Shown here: piece by piece, positions 17,742 to 27,500 of the stretch
Layout: every line of letters starts with the position of its first letter
Position numbering within the stretch: position 1 is the stretch's first letter
Origin: an uncultured Verrucomicrobiota bacterium
GTDB lineage: Bacteria > Verrucomicrobiota > Verrucomicrobiia > Palsa-1439
Length of the DNA stretch: 43,265 nucleotides
NCBI GenBank assembly: GCA_964514435.1
Contig: CAZEQV010000001.1
Coordinates: forward strand, 1-43,265
Direction of reading: 5' to 3'
The notes under the pieces: model-generated
What the model saw: the letters and a program-made list of their open reading frames with translations, nothing else
Database searches by the model: none
What the model was told of the DNA's origin: nothing
Made by a program: the position numbers and the translations under genes

Positions 17742-19484
17742 GAATTTCGTGATGGCGGCGAGGGGCAGACAGTTGATGATGTCCTGCCGGGTCAACCAGC
17801 CTTTGCGGGCGATGCCGACGCCCACGGCCAAGTATTGCAGGTCAGCGGTGGAATGAGCGTCGGGGTTGATGGAGCATTTCACGCCAAGTTCCTTCGCCTG
17901 TTTCCATAGCCGCCAATCCATGTCCAGACGGTAGGGATGGGCGTTAATCTCGATGATCTTCTTGTGCTTGGCGGCAGCGGCGATCACGGCAGCCATGTCC
18001 ACCGCGTAAGCTTCGCGCTCCAATAGCAGCCGGCCTGTCGGATGCCCGAGCATCGTGACCTTCGGATGCTCCAGCGCCGCGCAGATGCGTTTGGTCATCT
18101 TGTCGGTGTCTTGTGTGAATCCTTGGTGAATGCTGGCCACGACGTAGTCGAAAATCCCCAGCGTCTTGTCATCAAAATCGAGCTTGCCGTCAGCCAGAAT
18201 GTCGCACTCGGTGCCGTGAAAGATGCGGAATCCGTCTGGGGCGAATTTTTCATTGAGCCGCGCGATTTCGTCGGCTTGTTGCCGGACGCGTTTCTCGTCA
18301 AGCCCGTTGGCTTGGCGTTCTGATTTGCTGTGATCGGCGATGCCGAGGTATTCGAGGCCCAATTCCATCGCGGCACGGGCCATGTTTTCTACTGTGTCGA
18401 CTCCATCGCTCCATGTGCTGTGGTTGTGAAACGTGCCGCGGAGGTTTTCGAGTTCGACCAACTTGGGAAGCGCACCGGCTTCGGCGGCGGCGATTTCGCC
18501 CATGTCTTCGCGCAGCTCGGGCGGAACATAATCGAGGTCGAGCGCCCGGTAGATTTCCTCCTCGGTTTTACACTTGATGGCGCTGCCGAGTTCCTTGGCG
18601 CTTTTCTCTCTCTCATCGGCCGGCGAGAACCCGTATTCGTTCAACGAAAGTTTTTTCAACCGCAACGCCCGCGCCCGCATGGCGATGTTGTGTTCTTTGC
18701 TGCCGGTAAAGTAATTGAGGGCAAAAGCAAATTGGTCGTCGGCCACGATCCGCAAGTCGGCCTGAATCCCACCGGCGAGGATGACGCTGGCTTTTGTTTC
18801 GCCCTTGGCGGAGACGTTGAGGATGCCGGGGCGCGCGCAGAAGAAATCCATGATGGCGCCGGCATCCTGCGGTTGGGCGCTGACGAGGAAATCAATGTCG
18901 CCGATGGTTTCCCGGCAACGTCGCAAGCTGCCGGCCATGCTGCAACGGATCACACCGTCGTGGGCTCGCAGCGCTTCGAGAACTGGCTGCGCCACGGCGT
19001 AAGCGTCGTGATAATGATGACGGCCGCTGAACTGACGGAGCATGGTGATGCCTTCGAGGATTTTCTGCTGCGATTTCTCGCCGAACCCGCTCAGGGCGGC
19101 CACCTTTCCGGCCTGGCAGGCGGCTTCGAGCTTCTCGATGGAATCAACGCCCAACTGTTCGTACACAATCTTGGCGCGTTTCGGGCCGAAGCCCGGTATG
19201 CGCAGCATGTCGAGCAAACCTGCCGGCAGGCAAGCGCGGAGTTCCTCGTGATACGCCAGCTTGCCGGTCTCGATCAGCTCCACGATTTTGGCGGCCAAAT
19301 CTTTGCCGATGCCTTTGATCTCCGTGAGTCTGCCCTCGCGCGCGAGCGTGGAAAGATCCTCCTGGGCGGTTTCGATGGCACGCGCCGCGTTCAAGTAGGC
19401 GCGAACGCGAAACGGGTTCTCCCCCTTCATGTCCAGCAACGTGCCGATTTCTCCGAAGATTTCGGCAACCTGTTTTTTGTTCAT
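17727..19484 (-). CDS. polX: DNA polymerase X family protein with C-terminal PHP phosphoesterase domain
   Basis: MNKKQVAEIFGEIGTLLDMKGENPFRVRAYLNAARAIE (HhH, PolX N-terminus), IPGFGPKRA, GSLRRCRETIGDIDFLV, PHP motif FHNHSTWSDG. ATG 19484 lies within ORF 17727..19505. Confidence 0.9.
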   Translation of the reverse strand: MNKKQVAEIFGEIGTLLDMKGENPFRVRAYLNAARAIETAQEDLSTLAREGRLTEIKGIGKDLAAKIVELIETGKLAYHEELRACLPAGLLDMLRIPGFGPKRAKIVYEQLGVDSIEKLEAACQAGKVAALSGFGEKSQQKILEGITMLRQFSGRHHYHDAYAVAQPVLEALRAHDGVIRCSMAGSLRRCRETIGDIDFLVSAQPQDAGAIMDFFCARPGILNVSAKGETKASVILAGGIQADLRIVADDQFAFALNYFTGSKEHNIAMRARALRLKKLSLNEYGFSPADEREKSAKELGSAIKCKTEEEIYRALDLDYVPPELREDMGEIAAAEAGALPKLVELENLRGTFHNHSTWSDGVDTVENMARAAMELGLEYLGIADHSKSERQANGLDEKRVRQQADEIARLNEKFAPDGFRIFHGTECDILADGKLDFDDKTLGIFDYVVASIHQGFTQDTDKMTKRICAALEHPKVTMLGHPTGRLLLEREAYAVDMAAVIAAAAKHKKIIEINAHPYRLDMDWRLWKQAKELGVKCSINPDAHSTADLQYLAVGVGIARKGWLTRQDIINCLPLAAITKFLRHG

Positions 19485-19822
19485 GGTTCCTCCGACGCCC
19501 GTCACTTTAACACGTGCCAGCAGAAAGTCTCAACGGTTCCCGCAGGGCAGCAGGGGCGGGCGGAACCAGAGCGACAAATCCTCCAATCATTCGTGAGAGC
19601 AACGCAACGCCCTACCAAAACAGTCTTGGACAATCATCTAACAACGACTCGGCTCTGCTGTCCTTAGCCACGAATGGCCACGAATCAGACCAGAACATTC
19701 GTGAAGATGCGTGTGGATTGGTGGCCCAATTCCTCTGCTTGAGGAACGTGCAACAATGCGTTCAGGCAAACGCTGTGGTATTCGGTCTTGTGCCGGTGGG
19801 GTTGCGCGGCGAGAATCTCTCC

Positions 19823-21082
19823 ATGCGGCGGACGGTTCCACTTCATTGGCAGATGTTAATTGCTCTGTTGCTGGCTTTGGCCGGCGGTGCCGGGTTGCGG
19901 GCATTACAGACAAACTGGCCGGCCGGGCACGGGTTCCTGATGGAAACGCTGCGCGTGTTGGGAGTGCTGTTTCTGTTGTTGTTGAAGATGGTGGTGTTGC
20001 CATTGGTGATGGCGTCGCTGGTTTCCGGTATGGCGGGGTTGGGGCGAGCCGGTAAGTTTGGCCGGGTAGGCTTGAAGACGTTCGCCTACTACCTCAGCAC
20101 CACCGTCATGGCCGTGGCCACCGGGTTGGTGTTGGTGAACGTCATTCAGCCCGGCGTGGGCGCGAATCTTGCCCTGCCGGACGCAAAGCCGCAGATGGCC
20201 ACTGTGGAGAAGTGGACGGACCTGATCATCCGCATCGTGCCAGACAACATCGTGAAAGCGATGGCGCAATTTGACATGATCGGCGTCATCTTCTTTGCGC
20301 TCGTGTTTGGATTGGCGGTGAACTTTGTCTCGGAGAAATCACGGGCGACCGTTCTGTCATTTGTGGACGGGGTGCTGGAAGTGATGATGACGATCACGCA
20401 CGCGATCATACGGTTGGCGCCCGTGGGAGTGTTTGCGTTGGTGGCGCGGATGATCGCGGATACCGGGGTGGAGGTGTTGCGTCCGCTCTTGCCGTATGCA
20501 CTGACGGTGGCGGCAGGATTGGCGATGCACTTTTTTGTGACGTTGCCGGTGTTGGTCTGGTTGCTGGCGCGGGTGCCGCCGTACCGGCTGATGCGAACGA
20601 TGAGCGAGGCGTTGTTCACGGCGTTCTCGACGGCGAGCAGTTCGGCGACGTTGCCGCTGACGATGGAGCGGGCGGAGAAAGGCGCGGGCGTTTCGAATCG
20701 CATCGCCAGCTTCACGTTGCCGTTGGGTGCGACGATCAACATGGATGGCACGGCGCTCTATGAATGTGTGGCGGTGATTTTCATCGCGCAGGCGATGGGT
20801 GTGACGTTGAGCGTGGCGCAACAGGCGACGGTGTTTGTCGGGGCGGTGCTGGTGTCCATCGGCGCGGCGGGGATTCCCCATGCCGGGCTGGTGATGATGA
20901 GCATTATCCTCACATCGGTGGGGTTGCCGCTGGAGGGTGCGGCGTTGATCTGGGCGGTAGACCGGCTGCTGGATATGTGCCGCACGACGGTCAACGTGTG
21001 GAGTGACGTGGCCGGGTGCGTGGTGATCGCCAAAAGCGAGGGCGAACTCGACGCTACGGTTTTACCGACAACGTCGAGGTAA
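19823..21082 (+). CDS. Dicarboxylate/amino acid:cation symporter (DAACS family, GltP/DctA-like)
   Basis: ATG 19823 (MRRTVPLHWQMLIALLLALAGG) within ORF 19514..21082. Family motifs TASSSATLPLT and LGATINMDGTALYE. 419 aa, multi-TM. Confidence 0.88.
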   Translation: MRRTVPLHWQMLIALLLALAGGAGLRALQTNWPAGHGFLMETLRVLGVLFLLLLKMVVLPLVMASLVSGMAGLGRAGKFGRVGLKTFAYYLSTTVMAVATGLVLVNVIQPGVGANLALPDAKPQMATVEKWTDLIIRIVPDNIVKAMAQFDMIGVIFFALVFGLAVNFVSEKSRATVLSFVDGVLEVMMTITHAIIRLAPVGVFALVARMIADTGVEVLRPLLPYALTVAAGLAMHFFVTLPVLVWLLARVPPYRLMRTMSEALFTAFSTASSSATLPLTMERAEKGAGVSNRIASFTLPLGATINMDGTALYECVAVIFIAQAMGVTLSVAQQATVFVGAVLVSIGAAGIPHAGLVMMSIILTSVGLPLEGAALIWAVDRLLDMCRTTVNVWSDVAGCVVIAKSEGELDATVLPTTSR

Positions 21083-21497
21083 CTTCGCGGACACCGTCGG
21101 TTTGCATGGCGACCAGGACGGCTTTGCCGATTTGATCGTGCGTGCGACAGGAGCCGGCCAGCGTGACTCTTCCATCGGTGGTGTTGACCGAAATGCTCAA
21201 AGCGGAAAGCTCGGAGTTGACGGCGTATTTTCCTTTGATCTTGGCGGTGATGGCGGCGTCACCGGAAGCATCGGCGACGGCGGAACCAAATTCACGAGCT
21301 TGCCGGCGCAACACTTTGCCGGTGCGCGTGAGTTCTTCCTGGATGTCGTCGCCGCGCAAATGCCAGGCCTCGAGCTGGGCGTCGAGGGCATCCCACGTGT
21401 GACGGACCTTCGGGTTGTGGCGGACCACGACGAAGTAGTAACCGGTGGCGGCGGTGAGAAACATTCCAACGATCAAGCCGATGAAGAAATCTTTCAT
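21054..21497 (-). CDS. BON domain-containing membrane-anchored protein
   Basis: N-terminal TM FFIGLIVGMFLTAATGYYFVVV. C-terminal BON-like ITAKIKGKYAVNSELSALSISVNTTDGRVTLAGSCRTHDQIGKAVLVAMQTDGVREV. Confidence 0.75.
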   Translation of the reverse strand: MKDFFIGLIVGMFLTAATGYYFVVVRHNPKVRHTWDALDAQLEAWHLRGDDIQEELTRTGKVLRRQAREFGSAVADASGDAAITAKIKGKYAVNSELSALSISVNTTDGRVTLAGSCRTHDQIGKAVLVAMQTDGVREVTSTLSVKP

Positions 21498-21506
21498 GGG
21501 CGCATC

Positions 21507-23780
21507 CTAGCCGGTCGCGGGGGTCACGGCAATCTGTCCTTCGGCGGCATCCACACGAATGGCGGCGACTTGTGGATTTTCGAGAAGGAATCGTGCGAGG
21601 GGTTTCAGGACGATGTCTTCGATGGTGCGCTGGAGGTGCCGGGCGCCGTAGTCAAGGCTGTAGCCTTTCTCCACGACCAGTTGGAACGCGGCTTCGGTGA
21701 TCTCGGTGGTTTTACCGCGCTGGGCGAGTGTTTCGAGTATCTGCTGGAGTTGAGATTCGGCAATACGTGTGACCATTTCGCGGGAAAGATGGTTCAACAC
21801 CAGCAAGCCGTCGAGACGATTGATGAACTCCGGCGCGAAGAAGTGGCGCACGGCATCTTCACAGTGATCGCGCAGTCGCCGGTTGCGTTCCGTTTCGGAA
21901 AGCTTGGCCAATGCGGCGGCATCCAACTGGCGGGTGCCGAGGTTGGATGTCAGCAGGATGATTGTCTGGCTGAAATCGGCGGTCTGACCTTGGGAATCGG
22001 TGAGACGGCCGTCGTCGAAGATTTGCAGGAAGATATTCTGCACGTCGGCATGGGCCTTCTCGATTTCATCAAACAAGATCACGGCGCGGGGGTTGTTGCG
22101 GACACGTTTGCAGAGCGGGGCTTCCTCGTCGTAGCCGATGTAGCCGGGGGGCGCGCCGATGAGTTTGGCGACGGTGTGTTTCTCCATGAACTCCGACATG
22201 TCGAACCGGATCAGTTTGTTCGGGCTGCCCTGCATGATTTCCGAGAGGGCCTTGGCCATTTCGGTTTTGCCCACGCCGGTCGGGCCGGCCAGCAGGAACA
22301 CCGCATCGGGCCGGTGGGGTTTGAGGTCGAGTCCGGAACGCGAAATTTGAAACTTGTCTACGATGGCGCGAATGGCGTGGTCCTGGCCGATGATGCGTTT
22401 CTTGAGGGCCGTCTCGATGGAGGACACGTTTTCGACACGAAACGAGAGCAGTTGAGCGGTTTGCAGACCGGTCAGGCGGGCGACGACTTCGGCGACATCC
22501 TCGGGCAAAACCGCGCGGCGGCCGGCGTCGCGCAGGGACACGCGGGCCGCAGCGGCGTCGAGCAGGCTGGCGGCTTTACCGGGGAACTTTCGGTCGCTGA
22601 GATGGCGTCCGCCCAGTTCCACCACAGCCACCAGCGTTTCGCGGGGAATCTGCACATTGTGAAATGCTTCGATGCCCGCCACCATGCCGGCCAGCAGCTC
22701 GATGGTCTGTTCGGCAGAGAGTTCCTCAATGCGGACCGGGTGGCAGACTTCGAGCAACTCGTGGTCGGGCTGGATTTCTTTGCGGAACGCGTCCGGGGTG
22801 CATTCGCCGATACACTGGATGTGCTGCTGGAACAGAGCCTGCCGGAGAATGGCCGCGAGAGCGTCAGACCGGTCGGCCAGGAAACTGCGGGTGAAATCTT
22901 CCACGACAAGGATGACCGGGCGCTCCCGGCAGTCGGCGATCAGACCTTGGAGGCGTTGCTGGCCGTCGGCGCGGTCGGCGGCACCGGCGAGCATCGCGCC
23001 GATGTTGATCTGCCAGAAGCGATGTTCGGAAAGTCGGCCGGGCATTTTCAGGCCGGCGATATGGTGGAGGACACCGTACACGATGGAGGATTTGCCGACA
23101 CCGGGTTCGCCGACGAGGATGGCGTTGCGGTGGCGTTGGCGGCAGAGAGTTTCCATCAGTTCTTGGATTTCGCGGTCGCGCATCAAGGGGCGCGGCAGTT
23201 GTTGGCGGGCACAGGCCAGCGTGAGGTCGCGTCCGAATTGTTGGAGAACGGCCATGCGGGCGGTGGTGGCGGCCGGCTGGCTGGCGGCTTGGGGCTTGGC
23301 CGGTGCGCTTGGCTTGGGTGAGGGAGAAGAACTGTAGCGGAGGGCGAACGCTTGAAGTTCGTCGGCATCGAGGAACGCGGCCAGTTGTTTGTCGGATATG
23401 CCGGATTCTTGGAAGGCGGCGCGGACGGAGGGGCTGGGTTGGCGGAGGGTGGTGGTGAACAGGTCCCATTCGTCGGCGCAGCGCAGTTGGCGTTGGGAGA
23501 TGGCTTGTTGGAGTTGGCGGATCCAGTTGGCTCGGCTTTCTTCGAGGTGAGCGGCGTGGGTTTTGAGCGTGGCTTCGAACAGGTCGCGTTCGAGGCGGTG
23601 CCGGTTGAGGTTGAGGGAGGAGACGAGGGCTTGGATGAGTTCGTGGTTGGCGGCGAACATCGCCAGCAGGATGTGCTCGGGGCCGGGTTCGCCTTGTGTT
23701 CGGAGGAAGGCGCGGCGCATCAGGTCACCGGCTTGGCGGTGAATGTGAAAGGCGCCGGCAGTGAACAACAGATCGGGCAT
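21507..23780 (-). CDS. ClpA/ClpB-family double AAA+ ATPase, atypical (degenerate D1, no M-domain, no ClpP-docking loop)
   Basis: ATG 23780, 4 nt after the ppa stop. Clp_N-like EHILLAMFAANHELIQAL. D1 Walker A GEPGVGKSS but Walker B region VILVVEDFT. D2 is intact: GPTGVGKTE, VILFDEIEKAH, TSNLG, PEFINRLD. Confidence 0.85.
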   Translation of the reverse strand: MPDLLFTAGAFHIHRQAGDLMRRAFLRTQGEPGPEHILLAMFAANHELIQALVSSLNLNRHRLERDLFEATLKTHAAHLEESRANWIRQLQQAISQRQLRCADEWDLFTTTLRQPSPSVRAAFQESGISDKQLAAFLDADELQAFALRYSSSPSPKPSAPAKPQAASQPAATTARMAVLQQFGRDLTLACARQQLPRPLMRDREIQELMETLCRQRHRNAILVGEPGVGKSSIVYGVLHHIAGLKMPGRLSEHRFWQINIGAMLAGAADRADGQQRLQGLIADCRERPVILVVEDFTRSFLADRSDALAAILRQALFQQHIQCIGECTPDAFRKEIQPDHELLEVCHPVRIEELSAEQTIELLAGMVAGIEAFHNVQIPRETLVAVVELGGRHLSDRKFPGKAASLLDAAAARVSLRDAGRRAVLPEDVAEVVARLTGLQTAQLLSFRVENVSSIETALKKRIIGQDHAIRAIVDKFQISRSGLDLKPHRPDAVFLLAGPTGVGKTEMAKALSEIMQGSPNKLIRFDMSEFMEKHTVAKLIGAPPGYIGYDEEAPLCKRVRNNPRAVILFDEIEKAHADVQNIFLQIFDDGRLTDSQGQTADFSQTIILLTSNLGTRQLDAAALAKLSETERNRRLRDHCEDAVRHFFAPEFINRLDGLLVLNHLSREMVTRIAESQLQQILETLAQRGKTTEITEAAFQLVVEKGYSLDYGARHLQRTIEDIVLKPLARFLLENPQVAAIRVDAAEGQIAVTPATG

Positions 23781-23784
23781 GGTT

Positions 23785-24411
23785 TCAGTAATCGGGGTAC
23801 TGGCAGTTGAGGAGCTTGGTGCGGAAACGGGTGTAGGCTTTGGTGGACTCGCGGATGTAACTGTAAGCGTCAATGCGGCCGCGGAAATCTTCGACTTTCA
23901 CTTGGCCGGCTTTTTCGAGTTCTTTGTAAATTTCGAAGAAATGACGGATTTCGCGGAGGGTGTGGGGCGGGAGTTGGGAGATGTCGTTGTAGGTGGCGAA
24001 GATGGGGTCGTTGGCATGAACGGCGATGATTTTGAAATCTTCCTGGCCGGTATCGTGCATGGGCAGCATGCCGATGGGACGGGCTTTCATCACGCAGCCG
24101 GGAATGACCGGCTCCTGGGAAAGCACCAGCACATCGAGCGGATCGTGGTCGCGGCAGTACGTTTGCGGGACGAACCCGTAATTGCTGGGGTAATGCACGG
24201 CGCTGTGGAGCGTGCGGCTGATGTGGAGAATGCCGTTGAGCTTGTCCAGCTCGTATTTGATTTTGGAGCGCATGGGGCACTCGATGAACGCATTGACTTC
24301 AGCGGGCGAATGCTCGCCGGGATCAAGCAGATGAAAGGGATTGTACCATGCGGGCTTGAGTGCCGTGCCGGCAAGGGGTGAATTCGGTTTGCGGACAGGT
24401 TGCTTGGGCAT
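23785..24411 (-). CDS. ppa: Inorganic pyrophosphatase, family I
   Basis: ATG 24411 within ORF 23785..24447. KIKYELDK, YPSNYGFVPQT, DHDPLDVLVL, KIIAV..NDP: classic family I PPase motifs. Confidence 0.92.
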   Translation of the reverse strand: MPKQPVRKPNSPLAGTALKPAWYNPFHLLDPGEHSPAEVNAFIECPMRSKIKYELDKLNGILHISRTLHSAVHYPSNYGFVPQTYCRDHDPLDVLVLSQEPVIPGCVMKARPIGMLPMHDTGQEDFKIIAVHANDPIFATYNDISQLPPHTLREIRHFFEIYKELEKAGQVKVEDFRGRIDAYSYIRESTKAYTRFRTKLLNCQYPDY

Positions 24412-24512
24412 GGCGCGGAATCTAGCGGAGGCAGAAAAACGGCGCAATGTGAAACACGGCTTGTTTGAGCATGGCGGCTTGGATAGGGTGAAAGGCTGGA
24501 TTTTTCAAACCT

Positions 24513-27500
24513 ATGAAACCCGGTTTTTCGATTGTTGATCTGGATGCGGCTTGGGACTTTTTGTCGGCGGTACCGCGGTCGTCGCGGCAGCGAGGCGAGG
24601 AGTATCATCGGGCCGGGCGGGTTCGCAATCTCGTGGCGATTCAGCCGGGCACGATGTATCGGGCCATTGTTCAGGGCGGGGTGAACTATACGGTGACGTT
24701 GCGATATGACGACGGATATTGGACGGCGGATTGTTCGTGCCCGGTCGTCTACGACTGCAAACATGGCGTGGCGACGATGCTGGCCTTGTTGGGCGAGGCG
24801 GAAGTGGCGACCAGCGATTCCCCAGCGCCCCGGGAAGGCGAGTTGGTCGCGGAGTTGAAGGCCAAACTTCAACGTGAACTCAACAAAACCGAAATGGCCT
24901 ACGTGAACCGGGTGCGGAAGCTGTTCGAGTTGGGGCGGCAGGTGGGGCGGATCACATATTGGGAGCTGCAGCAATTTCAGGCCGGTGTGCGCGGCATGAG
25001 TTGGGAGATGCCCAAGTTGTTCCCGTCGTTTCCGCGCAGTGAGCTGGAGTTTGGCCGTTATCTGCATTACTGGCTGCAAAAGCACGGCTACGAAACGCCC
25101 GCGTTCATGAAACCCATCGAGGACACGGAGCGCATCCAGAAGATCATCATCCAATGGCACCGCGAAGAGGAAATCGAAGAATGGAGGCGACGATTGTCGC
25201 ACGAGATGGATGATCCTTCCGCCGCCATGCCCGGCCTTGTGGCGCAACCGGTGGGCTTGCGATTGCAGTTGGATTTGCGGACGGCCACCCTGATGTGGCG
25301 GAAGAACGACGAGGATGACTTTGAGCCGCTGAAATCCGCGATGCTCAAGCAATGGGTGTCGGCGCACGCCGCCGGGACGCTGTCATTGCCGGCGGGCGGA
25401 CAGGACATCTGGCAACCGTTTTATTGTTTGGCGGATGTGCTGCGGATGACGAAGTTTGAACTCACGGATCCGCAAGTCCGCAACATTGTCAACGGGCTGT
25501 TGCGCCGGGAAGATTTGCAGGAGTTGATTGTGTCGGCCAACAGGCTTCCGTTCAAGCGGCACACTGAATCACTGCAATGGAAGCTGCGTGAGGCGTCCAG
25601 CGAGAATGATGATTACGAGCTTTACCTAGCCAAACCGGATGGCGGGGTGTTTTCGGAACATTACCTGACTTTTCCGGGGCGCCCGACTCTGTACATGGCT
25701 CGCGCGGAAATATGGGCGGGACCGACGCCGGTGCGGAAGCTCAAGGAATATGGTTCGGCGTTGCGGGTGCCGGCCCCGGCACTGGAGACTCAGGATGGCG
25801 TGGAGTTGTTGTCGCGGCTGGGGGTGGGCTTGCCGGCGCGGTTGAACGAGCGGGTGCGGCGCGTCAAAATGAGAGTCCGCATCACGGGCCACCTCAAGCC
25901 GGTATATCCCGGCAGCACCGAAGAGATGGTGTGCTTGGATTTCGAAGCAGTTTCGGAAGACGGGCACCGGGCGGAGTTTTTCTCGCCGGCAGGCTGGTCG
26001 AAAGACGCCGACCCGAGAAGGCTTCTGCCAAAGGAGGACCAGAACATCAAGGTGCTCGACCGTGCCGCATTGGAAGCAGTGCCGGTGTTGGTGCAAACGT
26101 TGGGCGCAACTTGGGACTCCTATCAGCAAGGGTGGAAGCTGCGGTTGACACGAAATTTCGCGGACAAGTTTGTGTCGTGGCTGGCAACGGTGCCCGGGGA
26201 TGTGGAACTGAAGCTCGATCCGCAACTGGCGACGCTTCGCGATGCGCCGGTCAGCGCTTCGGTACGGTTGGATTGTGAGTCGGCCGGGGTGGATTGGTTT
26301 GATTTGAGGGTTGTGCTCGATGTGAAAGACACGACGTTGTCAAAAGAAGAGCTAAAACTGTTGCTGGACGCGCGGGGCCGGTACGTGCGGCTCGGGAAAA
26401 AGGGCTGGCGGCGATTGCAGTTCAACGTCAGCGAGGAGGAGGACGGCGAGCTGGCCCGGTTGGGTTTGAGTCCGCATGACTTGTCGTCGGAGCCGCAGCG
26501 GTTGCATGCGTTGCAGTTGGCGGACAAGGCGGCGGCCCGGTTCTTGCCGGAGGAGCGGGTGGCAGAGATTCATCGCCGGGCGTCCGAGATCAAAACGCGC
26601 GTGACGCCCGATGTGCCGAAGACGGTGTGCGCGCAGTTGCGCCGGTATCAGACCGAGGGGTTTCACTTTCTGTCGTACTTGGCCACCAATCGGTTTGGAG
26701 GAGTTTTGGCGGACGATATGGGGTTGGGGAAAACGCTGCAGACGTTGACGTGGCTGGAGTGGTTGCGGGCGGAGGAGAAGAAGACCGTCAAAACCAGCCT
26801 GGTGGTTTGTCCGAAATCGGTGATGGACAACTGGCGGTCGGAAGCGGAGCGGTTTTCGCCGACGTTGCGGGTCAAGGTGTGGCGCGGCAGCGACGGTGTG
26901 GAATTCAAAAGTGCGCTGGGAACAACCGACCTGATTGTGATCAACTACGCGCAGTTGCGATCGTTGGAATCGGTAGTGAAGAACGTCAACTGGATGGCCG
27001 TGATCCTGGATGAAGGCCAGTACATCAAGAACCCGCAGTCGCAGACGGCCACCGTGGCGCGCGGGTTGAGGGCGGATTACCGGCTGGTGTTGACGGGCAC
27101 CCCGATTGAAAACCGGTTGATGGATTTGTGGAGCCTGATGGCGTTTGCCATGCCCGGTGTGTTGGGCAACAAGTCGCAGTTCATGCAGAACTTTGACAGG
27201 GCCGACGACCCGCTGGCCCGGCAACGCTTGGCGGCGCGGGTCCGTCCGTTCTTGCTGCGGCGCACGAAACAACAAGTGGCGACGGACTTGCCGGCGCGCA
27301 TTGAGGAGGATCTGCTGTGCTCGATGGAAGGAGCGCAAGAGACGTTGTACCGGGCGGAACTCAAGCACGCGCAACAGATGCTGCTCAAGGTCAAGACCCG
27401 GCAGGAATTCGACAAACAACGGTTCAACTTCCTGACCTCGCTGCTGCGGCTGCGGCAGATTTGCTGCCATCCCGGTTTGGTCAGCGAGAAACACACGCAC

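Noticed and set aside
21102-23321. 739-aa plus-strand ORF
   Set aside because: It is entirely antisense to the well-supported Clp-like AAA+ gene. Its composition is G/A/D/V/R-rich with no motifs, the typical shadow ORF of a GC-rich gene.
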